This document shows positions 42,274 through 50,202 of a stretch of DNA of 64,000 bases, piece after piece; within the stretch, counting starts at the first letter, position 1; each line of letters begins with the position of its first letter. The notes under the pieces were generated by a model. The model was not told where the DNA came from. It ran no database searches and saw only the letters and a list, made by a program, of their open reading frames with translations. The DNA lies in contig SVUG01000001.1 in the NCBI GenBank assembly GCA_015063385.1, forward strand, positions 74,201 through 138,200. The letters run 5' to 3'. This DNA is from Oscillospiraceae bacterium. Lineage in GTDB: Bacteria > Bacillota > Clostridia > Oscillospirales > CAG-272. A program made the position numbers and the translations under genes.

Positions 42274-44022
42274 CTATTTGGACATTTTTAAAATTCTCTG
42301 CTTGTGAGCCTGTGCCCTATCCTCGTAGCCAAGCTCTGATGCTTTATCATAGAATTTTCTTGCAATACCCCTATCGGCAGGCAGAGTTATTCCAAACTCA
42401 TAAAGGCAGCCGACAGTGTATATTGCCTCAGGCATACCGAAGCTCATGCAAACCTCCAGCATACTGCGCGAGAGGTCGAATTTCTTGTTATAAAACAGGC
42501 GTATCGCGGTCGAATATAACGAACGCATCATATGCTTTTTCTTGTTTTCATACAATCTGTAAAGCTCGCGGTCTGCTGATGCTGAGCCGAGCTTTTTTGC
42601 CTCGGATAAATATTTAGATGCCGTTTTGAAATCGAACGCAACGCCGATTCCACGCGCATAGCAGCGACCAAGGCCCTCGTAAGCGCGCGAGTCGCCGAGC
42701 TCCATAGCAGTTTTGTAGTGGCAGAACGCTGCCGCACGGTTTATCTCGGTGCCGATTCCCATCTCGTAATAATAACCAATCTTTGCATGAGCGAGGTTAT
42801 AACCTGCGTCCACCGAGCGCTTAAAGAGCGGAAAAGCATCTTCGGGCGAGCTCTTTTCAACCCTGCATGCTTCCAAATAATTTTTCTCTCGCTCGACTCG
42901 TATTGCCTTGGCTTTCTTTTCGCAGCTCTTGATTCCAAGCGATTCTCCGCGTTCGTATAGCGAGAGTGCCAGCATCATTTCAGGCTCGGTGAGCACTCCG
43001 TCTGAGAAAACGTCACCCAGCGCCTCAAAAACTCCGTCAGCACCAAGCTCCACTGCACGTCTGTAGTATTCAAGTGCAAGCTTTTCGTCGCGCTCGGTAT
43101 ATCTTCCCTCGGCATATAAATTTCCAAGATACACAGCGCCTACCGCAGAGCCTGCATTAGCGGCTTCTTCTAGCAAAGAAACCCCTTTGCTTATATCCTG
43201 AGGAAATTCTATCCCCTCTATATAAAGACTCGCAAGGTCAACCGCCGCGTCGGGCGCGTTGCATTTTGACAGCATTTTCGCAAGGTTAATCAAAAGTGCG
43301 CGCAGCCCCTTCTTTTTTGCCTCTGCAATCAGTGCGCGAATTATCCTGTTCCTGTGAGCAAACACAAGTGCACGCGGTTCCTTTGCGGAGCTTACAACGC
43401 GCAGTCTGCGATAGAGCTTAAGCGCGAAAATCGGGATTTTGTCGAGCTTATCTATGTACCATTTTGCAATATTTTCATTTTTCAAAACACCGATTCCGTA
43501 CAGATGCCGTCTTGCCATTTCGACGATAGCATCAAGCTCACCGCCGTCTGCACAGAGTCTAATGTAATAAGCCGCGGTTTCCTCGTCGCCGTATCGCGAG
43601 TAGAGAAGCGCTGCATCTGCATACGAATCGTGACAACCCATAACCGCGGAATAAGCAAGCCAAAAGTCGCTCTCGTCGTCATTGAAGCGCGAGATTAGTC
43701 TTGAGTATCTGTAAGCTGAGAGCACGTCTCCCTTTTTAGCGGCAGAATAAAAATAACTTGTAGCCAGCTCAATATCACGCGGCAGAAGCTTTCCTGCCTC
43801 CAGCATCAGCGCTAGCTCGCGTTCACCATCGCGCACACCAAGCTCGGCAAGAAATTTATATATTCTGACCACCTGCGTGAAGTCGCTGGAGTTGTAGCAC
43901 CTTTTTGCCTCGGCAACGAGGGCATCTGCCTCGTCATCGTTAATGACAAATTCGCTGGCACACTCCTCGCAAATGACGTAGTAGCTTGTATTCTCACTTC
44001 CGCAATTTTTGCATTTAATCAT
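42274..44022 (-). CDS. Sel1-like repeat (TPR-related) protein with an N-terminal zinc ribbon
   Basis: The N-terminus is CKNCGSEN...CEEC. More than 10 Sel1-type repeats follow (e.g. AAFCHYKTAMELGDSRAYEGLGRCYARGIGVAFDFKTASKYLSEAKKLG). There is no signal peptide. Confidence 0.75.
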   Translation of the reverse strand: MIKCKNCGSENTSYYVICEECASEFVINDDEADALVAEAKRCYNSSDFTQVVRIYKFLAELGVRDGERELALMLEAGKLLPRDIELATSYFYSAAKKGDVLSAYRYSRLISRFNDDESDFWLAYSAVMGCHDSYADAALLYSRYGDEETAAYYIRLCADGGELDAIVEMARRHLYGIGVLKNENIAKWYIDKLDKIPIFALKLYRRLRVVSSAKEPRALVFAHRNRIIRALIAEAKKKGLRALLINLAKMLSKCNAPDAAVDLASLYIEGIEFPQDISKGVSLLEEAANAGSAVGAVYLGNLYAEGRYTERDEKLALEYYRRAVELGADGVFEALGDVFSDGVLTEPEMMLALSLYERGESLGIKSCEKKAKAIRVEREKNYLEACRVEKSSPEDAFPLFKRSVDAGYNLAHAKIGYYYEMGIGTEINRAAAFCHYKTAMELGDSRAYEGLGRCYARGIGVAFDFKTASKYLSEAKKLGSASADRELYRLYENKKKHMMRSLYSTAIRLFYNKKFDLSRSMLEVCMSFGMPEAIYTVGCLYEFGITLPADRGIARKFYDKASELGYEDRAQAHKQRILKMSK

Positions 44023-44144
44023 CTCGCGGCTCCTCGTTAGTAATTTTACAATATAATTTTACAATAATATGGCTCTTTTGTCAATCTTATAAATATTTTT
44101 CTTTTTTGCGGGAAAAATAAAAACAACTCACAAAAAGGAGAAAT

Positions 44145-44312
44145 ATGATGATTATAAATAAAAACGGACGAAAAATGCGACATCCTTACGCAAAGATGGC
44201 TGTACTTGGCCTTGCTGCGACGGGTGTTGCCAGCATAGTAAGCAAGGGCAAGAAGTTTGTAAAAAAGAAAAAAGACTGTATAACCAACATGATTGATGAC
44301 ATGAAAATGTAA
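44145..44312 (+). CDS. Unannotated small ORF (55 aa), basic with one short hydrophobic segment
   Basis: It is below the ORF-track length cutoff. The RBS is AAAAAGGAG, 5 nt before the ATG. Translation: MMIINKNGRKMRHPYAKMAVLGLAATGVASIVSKGKKFVKKKKDCITNMIDDMKM. A strong terminator follows directly. Confidence 0.5.
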   Translation: MMIINKNGRKMRHPYAKMAVLGLAATGVASIVSKGKKFVKKKKDCITNMIDDMKM

Positions 44313-44325
44313 TAGGATAAAAAAC

Positions 44326-44351
44326 AAAGCTCCCGTCAAAACGGGAGCTTT
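44326..44351. terminator. Bidirectional intrinsic terminator (sORF / nrdD convergent)
   Basis: AAAGCTCCCGT, CAAA loop, ACGGGAGCTTT. Confidence 0.85.
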
Positions 44352-44379
44352 AAGTGAAAAAAGTAAATTAAAATTTACA

Positions 44380-46557
44380 TTATAGGTGCAAAACGCGTTC
44401 TTTTATCTCCTCTGTTCTGCCCTGATTCCAATATTGTGTACCAATATATCCGCAGGTTCTGCGCGCGACGTTCATTTTTGTCTGGTCGCGATTTTTGCAC
44501 GCGGGACACTCCCAGACGAGCTTGCCGTCGGAGTCGTTTACCACCTGTATTTCACCGTCAAAGCCGCATACCTGGCAGTAGTCGCTCTTGGTATTCAGCT
44601 CGGCGTACATAATATGGTCGTAAATATAACGCATTACGTCAAGCACTGCTTCAATATTGTTTTGCATATCGGGGACCTCGACGTAGGAGATTGCACCTCC
44701 AGGCGAGAGTGCCTGGAATTTTGCCTCAAGAGATAGTTTTTCAAAAGCGTCTATTTCCTCGGTGACGTGAACGTGATAGGAGTTCGTGATATATCCTTTG
44801 TCCGAGACACCCTTAATCACTCCAAAACGCTTTTGCAGACACTTTGCGAATTTATACGTGGTGGATTCGAGCGGCGTGCCGTAGAGCGAATAATCAATAT
44901 TTTCCGCAGCTTTCCATTTCGCAGTATAAGAATTGAGCATTCTCATAATTTCAAGGCCAAGCTCCTCGCCCTCCTTTTCGGTGAGCTTTTTGCCCGACAA
45001 GGCGTATACGCACTCCCAAAGTCCTGCATATCCGAGAGAAAGCGTGGAATATCCACCGTAAAGATACTTGTCAATCTTCTCGCCCTTTGCGAGTCTTGTC
45101 AGAGCGCCGTATTGCCAGAGAATAGGCGCGGCATCGGACGGAGTGCCAAGTAATCTTTCATGACGGCAGCGAAGCGCCCTGTGGCAAAGCTCCATGCGTT
45201 CGTCGAATATTTTCTTGAACTTATCCATATCCCCCTCGGCAGACAGAGCAATATCTACAAGATTAACCGTGACGACGCCCTGGTTGAAGCGGCCGTAATA
45301 TTTTGGCTTTCCGTCCTCATCGACGTAAGGCGTGAGGAACGAGCGGCATCCCATACAGGTGTAGCACTGACCGTCACCGTTTTTGTCGACTTTATTTGCC
45401 TTCATTATTTTTTCGGATATGTAATCTGGAACCATGCGCTTTGCGGTGCACTTTGCCGCAAGTCGAGTCAGATAGTAATACTTTGAATCCTCGTGTACGT
45501 TATCCTCCTCCAAGACGTATATAAGCTTAGGGAAGGCGGGAGTTATCCATACGCCAGCCTCGTTCTTTACGCCCTGAATGCGCTGCTTGAGCACCTCCTC
45601 GATAATAAGCGCGAGGTCGGCTTTAGTCTGCTCGTCCTCTACCTCACCGAGATACATAAACACCGTGATAAACGGTGCTTGTCCGTTTGTGGTAAGAAGC
45701 GTGACGACCTGATACTGTATGCACTGAACACCGCGATTGATTTCGTCGCGCAGACGCTTTTCTGCAATAGAGCTTATTTGCTCATCGCTTACCAAAACGC
45801 CCGCTGCCTGCATCTCGGCTACAACCTGCTTTCTGATTTTTTTACGGCTGACGTTGACGAATGGCGCAAGATGCGTCAGGCTGATAGACTGACCGCCGTA
45901 TTGGTTTGACGCAACCTGTGCGATAATCTGGGTTGCAATATTGCATGCGGTGGAGAAGCTGTGCGGCTTTTCTATCATAGTTCCGCTGATGACCGTACCG
46001 TTTTCCAGCATATCGCCAAGGTTAACGAGGTCACAGTTGTGCATATGTTGAGCAAAGTAATCTGCGTCGTGGAAGTGGATAAGCCCGTCCTCGTGAGCCT
46101 TTACTATATCTGCAGGCAAAAGAATTCGTCTTGTGATATCCTTTGATACCTCTCCTGCCATATAGTCACGCTGCACGCTGTTGACAGCAGGGTTTTTGTT
46201 GGAATTCTCCTGCTTTACCTCTTCGTTGGCGAACTCAATCAGTGACATAATTCTGTCATCGGTAGTGTTCGCACGGCGAACAAGCTCACGTGTGTATCTG
46301 TAGGTTATGTAGGTCTTGGCAAGGGTGAAAGCATCGAGCGCCATGATTTCGCGCTCCACTAGGTCCTGCACGTCCTCAACGCTTGGGGTGGAGGATAGGC
46401 TTTCGCAGATTTCACACACTCTGCTTGCGACTGCTTTTATCTGTTCTGCGCTTATGCGCTCGCTCTCGTCGACGGCAAGATTAGCCTTTTCGACAGCATG
46501 ATATATTTTCTGTGAATCAAAGAGCGCTTCTGCGCCGTTTCTCTTTATTATTTTCAT
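44380..46557 (-). CDS. nrdD: Anaerobic ribonucleoside-triphosphate reductase (class III)
   Basis: 725 aa with an N-terminal ATP-cone, a C-terminal Zn ribbon (CQVCG...CPAC) and the glycyl-radical motif RRTCGYIG. Confidence 0.95.
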   Translation of the reverse strand: MKIIKRNGAEALFDSQKIYHAVEKANLAVDESERISAEQIKAVASRVCEICESLSSTPSVEDVQDLVEREIMALDAFTLAKTYITYRYTRELVRRANTTDDRIMSLIEFANEEVKQENSNKNPAVNSVQRDYMAGEVSKDITRRILLPADIVKAHEDGLIHFHDADYFAQHMHNCDLVNLGDMLENGTVISGTMIEKPHSFSTACNIATQIIAQVASNQYGGQSISLTHLAPFVNVSRKKIRKQVVAEMQAAGVLVSDEQISSIAEKRLRDEINRGVQCIQYQVVTLLTTNGQAPFITVFMYLGEVEDEQTKADLALIIEEVLKQRIQGVKNEAGVWITPAFPKLIYVLEEDNVHEDSKYYYLTRLAAKCTAKRMVPDYISEKIMKANKVDKNGDGQCYTCMGCRSFLTPYVDEDGKPKYYGRFNQGVVTVNLVDIALSAEGDMDKFKKIFDERMELCHRALRCRHERLLGTPSDAAPILWQYGALTRLAKGEKIDKYLYGGYSTLSLGYAGLWECVYALSGKKLTEKEGEELGLEIMRMLNSYTAKWKAAENIDYSLYGTPLESTTYKFAKCLQKRFGVIKGVSDKGYITNSYHVHVTEEIDAFEKLSLEAKFQALSPGGAISYVEVPDMQNNIEAVLDVMRYIYDHIMYAELNTKSDYCQVCGFDGEIQVVNDSDGKLVWECPACKNRDQTKMNVARRTCGYIGTQYWNQGRTEEIKERVLHL

Positions 46558-46585
46558 ATATTTTCTCCATAGTTTAGGTAAGACA

Positions 46586-46613
46586 ATTATACCATATATC
46601 GTGAGGATGTCAA
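46586..46613 (-). promoter_or_regulatory. Consensus sigma-A promoter for nrdD
   Basis: On the minus strand: TTGACA (46613-46608), 16 nt, TATAAT (46591-46586). Confidence 0.65.
46590..46605. promoter_or_regulatory. NrdR-box-like site 1
   Basis: TACCATATATCGTGAG shares the CCATATATnGTGA core with site 2 and resembles the NrdR box acaCwAtATaTwGtgt. It lies in the promoter spacer. Confidence 0.6.
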
Positions 46614-46621
46614 GAGAAAAT

Positions 46622-46637
46622 TTCCATATATAGTGAT
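46622..46637. promoter_or_regulatory. NrdR-box-like site 2
   Basis: TTCCATATATAGTGAT lies 32 bp (about 3 helical turns) from site 1, just upstream of the -35. Confidence 0.6.
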
Positions 46638-46720
46638 TTTAATGAAAAAGCTGCGCGTTGTTGCAATTTTGCGACATTTGTGCTAAAATAAAAATAATAA
46701 TACTCCGAGGAGGAGATAAA

Positions 46721-47650
46721 ATGAAAAAAATATATGAAAATATAGAGGAATTGATAGGCAACACGCCACTTTTACACCTTAAAAACACCGAGTCCTCAGA
46801 GGGATTTGTCGCGAAAATTTACGCCAAGCTTGAATATCTCAATCCCGCAGGGTCAGTCAAGGACAGGGTGGCAAGGGCTATGCTTGACGATGCGGAAAAA
46901 AGGGGCTTGATTACTCCCGGAGCTACTATAATTGAGCCGACCAGCGGAAATACCGGCATAGGTCTTGCTATGCTTTGCGCTGCAAGAGGATATAAGGCAA
47001 TAATTGTAATGCCCTCAAATATGTCGCGCGAGAGAATACTCCTTATGCGCTCTTATGGAGCAGAGGTCGTTCTTACCGATGCATCGCTTGGAATGAGCGG
47101 TGCGATAGCAAGGGCACAGGAAATTGCTGGCGAAACTTCAGGCAGCTTTATTCCGAGCCAATTCTCGAATCCTGCAAACCCCGAGGCACACAGATTAACC
47201 ACAGGTCCTGAAATATACGACTCGCTTGACGGTGAGGTTGACGTATTCGTTGCGGGCGTTGGCACCGGCGGTACTATCACGGGTGTTGGCGAATATCTTA
47301 AGTCGAAAAAGCCGTCGGTAAAAGTAATCGCGGTAGAGCCTCGTGACTCTGCCGTACTGTCCGGCGGAAAGGCAGGACCTCACGGTCTTGCGGGAATTGG
47401 CGCAGGATTTGTTCCCGAGGTGCTGAACACCGAGATTTACGATGAGATAATTACCGTATCTACAGAGGAGGCTTATGCTTCCGTGCGTTCGCTTTCCGAG
47501 CTTGACGGAGTGCGAGTCGGTATTTCCTCGGGTGCGGCTATGCACGCAGCTAAAATAATCGCTATGCGTGAGGAATTTCGCGGTAAAAATATCGTTGTTC
47601 TTTTCCCTGATACGCAGGATAGATACCTGTCCACACCTTTGTTTGATTAA
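46721..47650 (+). CDS. cysK: Cysteine synthase A (O-acetylserine sulfhydrylase)
   Basis: It has the PLP-lysine context NPAGSVKDR plus SGNTGIGLA and GVGTGGTITG motifs. The ATG at 46721 follows a GAGGAGGAG RBS, so the ORF-track start at 46658 is rejected. Confidence 0.93.
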   Translation: MKKIYENIEELIGNTPLLHLKNTESSEGFVAKIYAKLEYLNPAGSVKDRVARAMLDDAEKRGLITPGATIIEPTSGNTGIGLAMLCAARGYKAIIVMPSNMSRERILLMRSYGAEVVLTDASLGMSGAIARAQEIAGETSGSFIPSQFSNPANPEAHRLTTGPEIYDSLDGEVDVFVAGVGTGGTITGVGEYLKSKKPSVKVIAVEPRDSAVLSGGKAGPHGLAGIGAGFVPEVLNTEIYDEIITVSTEEAYASVRSLSELDGVRVGISSGAAMHAAKIIAMREEFRGKNIVVLFPDTQDRYLSTPLFD

Positions 47651-47672
47651 ATTAACGCAAATATTTAACATA

Positions 47673-47701
47673 TTGACATCCTTTGTAAAATATGTTAAAA
47701 T
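47673..47701 (+). promoter_or_regulatory. Sigma-A-type promoter for degV
   Basis: TTGACA (47673-47678), 17 nt, TAAAAT (47696-47701). Confidence 0.5.
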
Positions 47702-47730
47702 AAAGAAGCGAAAAAGCAAAGGAGTGCAAT

Positions 47731-48561
47731 ATGAGTTTTAAAATAGTTGCTGATTCGTCGTGTGATATTACGGCGATTTGTGGCGTCAATTTTGAGAGCG
47801 TTCCGCTTAAAATAAACACGAATAATAAGGAATACGTTGATAATGCAGCGCTGGACGTTGTTGGTATGCTTGGTGATTTGTCGAGCTATAAGGGCAAATC
47901 TCACTCGTCGTGCCCTAACAGCGAGGAATACCTTGCTGCATTTGGTGATGCGGAGAATATTTTCTGTATCACTATTACTTCTGGTCTTTCGGGCAGCTAT
48001 AATTCCGCAGCGACCGCTGCAAAGGCTTACCGTGAAGCGCACCCGGAAAGACAAGTTCACGTTATAGACAGTCTTTCCACCGGGCCTGAGAACGCACTTC
48101 TTATTGATAAGCTTTGCGAGCTTATTGAGAGCGGACTTGATTTTGAAGAAATAAAGGCTGAAATTACTAAGTATCACGAGCGCACCAGACTCATTTTTGC
48201 TCTTGAGTCGATGCATAATCTATCGCAAAACGGCAGAGTAAGCCCTATAGTTGCTAAAATTGCAGGAATCCTTGGCATCAGAGTGATAGGCAGAGCGAGT
48301 GATGCCGGAACGCTTGAAATTATAGAGAAAAGCCGCGGTGCAAAGGCGGCGATTTCGGATATTGTCAAAAATATGATTGGCGACGGATATATTGGCGGCA
48401 GAGTCAGAATCCATCATGCTAATAATTTAGGGGCGGCAGAGATGCTTAAGGCAAAAATTATTGAGAAAATTCATGGAGCGATTGTCGAAATTTTTGAGGC
48501 GAGAGGTCTATGCTCTTTCTATGCCGAGCAGGGAGGATTGCTCGTGGGATTTGAAATATAA
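47731..48561 (+). CDS. DegV family fatty-acid-binding protein
   Basis: 276 aa with the N-terminus FKIVADSSCDI and ITSGLSGSYNSA, typical of DegV. Confidence 0.88.
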   Translation: MSFKIVADSSCDITAICGVNFESVPLKINTNNKEYVDNAALDVVGMLGDLSSYKGKSHSSCPNSEEYLAAFGDAENIFCITITSGLSGSYNSAATAAKAYREAHPERQVHVIDSLSTGPENALLIDKLCELIESGLDFEEIKAEITKYHERTRLIFALESMHNLSQNGRVSPIVAKIAGILGIRVIGRASDAGTLEIIEKSRGAKAAISDIVKNMIGDGYIGGRVRIHHANNLGAAEMLKAKIIEKIHGAIVEIFEARGLCSFYAEQGGLLVGFEI

Positions 48562-48607
48562 GGTTGTTTTGACAATTAAAGTTTACAAAACACCGCAAAA
48601 TTGTTGA

Positions 48608-48645
48608 AAGCGGCAGGGGGTTGTTCCTGCCGCTTAAGTTTTTTA
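48608..48645 (+). terminator. Intrinsic terminator after degV
   Basis: AAGCGGCAGG, 8-nt loop, CCTGCCGCTT, then AAGTTTTTT. Confidence 0.8.
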
Positions 48646-48724
48646 TGGTTTATTCCATATGTTATTGTATTTTTAACCATACTGTGATACAATAGAGCGA
48701 GAAAAATATTTTACGAGGAAAAAA

Positions 48725-50107
48725 ATGAAGCTAAAAGGATTAATAGGCGACAAAGCCTTTTACAAAAGGACACTGAAGATTGCAATACCAATCATCATAC
48801 AGAACGCAGTCACTAATCTTGTCAACCTGCTTGATAATCTTATGGTTGGCGCTCTTGGCACTGAGCTTATGTCGGGTGTTGCGATAGTTAATCAATTTAT
48901 ATTCGTATTCAATCTTGCGGTATTTGGAGCAATTTCCGCTGCTGGTATATTCACAGCGCAGTATAACGGCCGTGACGATAACACCGGCGTTCGCTACACT
49001 GTGCGCGCAAAGCTGATTATTTGTACGCTGATAACTCTTGTCGGTGTTGCCGTCTTTTTGACTATGGGTGACAGGCTGATTCTCGGATTTCTCCACGACG
49101 GTACGGAGGGGGATTTGGAGTTGACTCTTGAGTCGGGCAGGGAATATCTTTCTTATATCCTAATAGGACTTTTCCCGTATGCCATATCTCAGGCATATGC
49201 CTCCACGCTCAGAGAGACGGGAGAGACCTTCGTTCCTATGGTTTCAAGCGTTGTGTCGGTTGCGACCAATTTCGTATTTAACGGACTTCTTATTTTCGGA
49301 CTTTTTGGATTCCCCGCGCTTGGTGTTGTCGGTGCGGCGATAGCAACCTCCATTTCACGATTTGCCGAGCTTTCAATTCTCGTTATCTGGACTCATAAAA
49401 ACAAGCAAAAATGCCCGTTTATCACAGGCGTATTCAAATCGCTTTATATCCCCCGTGAGCTCGTGCGTCAGATAGCGGCAAAGGGAATGCCCATACTTCT
49501 CAACGAGTGTCTTTGGTCGCTCTCAATCACGATGCGTAATCAGTGCTACTCCACAAGAGGTCTTGAGGTCGTTGCGGCGATAAACATTGCAATTACCCTG
49601 CAAAACCTGCTTAGCGTTGCGTATATGGCACTTAGTAATTCAATAGGAATCATAATAGGAAATTTGCTTGGTGCGGGCAGAATAGAGGAGGCAAAGGACA
49701 CCGACAGAAAGCTGCTCGCCTTTTCGGTATTTGCGGGCTTCTGTATGATGGGTATACAGATTGCCTTGTCGCCCGTCGTTCCGCTTCTTTACAAGACCAC
49801 AGACGCGGTGAGAGAAACAGCAACCTATCTTATAATATGTTGGGGCATTTCGATGCCGTTTGCGGCTCTTGCAACAGCGTCTTACTATACGATTCGTTCG
49901 GGCGGCAGGGTGTTTATTACAATGCTCTTTGACAGCTTTTACGCCTGGACGGTAGTTATTCCGATAGTGGCGGCTGTCACCTATTTTACCGACCTTTCAA
50001 TATACTACCTCTTCCCGATATCCCTGATAGCCGATAACCTGAAGCTTTTACCGGGACTTATGCTCGTTGGCAAGGGCGTGTGGGCAAAGCAATTAAAAAT
50101 AGAATAA
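48725..50107 (+). CDS. MATE family efflux transporter
   Basis: 460 aa with 12 predicted TM helices. The N-terminus ...ALPIIIQNAVTNLVNLLDNLMVG is typical of MatE. Confidence 0.88.
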   Translation: MKLKGLIGDKAFYKRTLKIAIPIIIQNAVTNLVNLLDNLMVGALGTELMSGVAIVNQFIFVFNLAVFGAISAAGIFTAQYNGRDDNTGVRYTVRAKLIICTLITLVGVAVFLTMGDRLILGFLHDGTEGDLELTLESGREYLSYILIGLFPYAISQAYASTLRETGETFVPMVSSVVSVATNFVFNGLLIFGLFGFPALGVVGAAIATSISRFAELSILVIWTHKNKQKCPFITGVFKSLYIPRELVRQIAAKGMPILLNECLWSLSITMRNQCYSTRGLEVVAAINIAITLQNLLSVAYMALSNSIGIIIGNLLGAGRIEEAKDTDRKLLAFSVFAGFCMMGIQIALSPVVPLLYKTTDAVRETATYLIICWGISMPFAALATASYYTIRSGGRVFITMLFDSFYAWTVVIPIVAAVTYFTDLSIYYLFPISLIADNLKLLPGLMLVGKGVWAKQLKIE

Positions 50108-50202
50108 ATATCATTTTTTAAAAAAATATTTTGCAAAAATGTAAGATTTGTTCATAAAAACAGTATATAATATACTTGATAAACTATGAAAAGAGAAAAA
50201 AT

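Noticed and set aside
44046-44339. 97-aa minus-strand ORF between the Sel1 gene and nrdD
   Set aside because: It would run through the bidirectional terminator at 44326-44351 and has no RBS. The plus-strand 55-aa sORF with a strong SD explains the region better.
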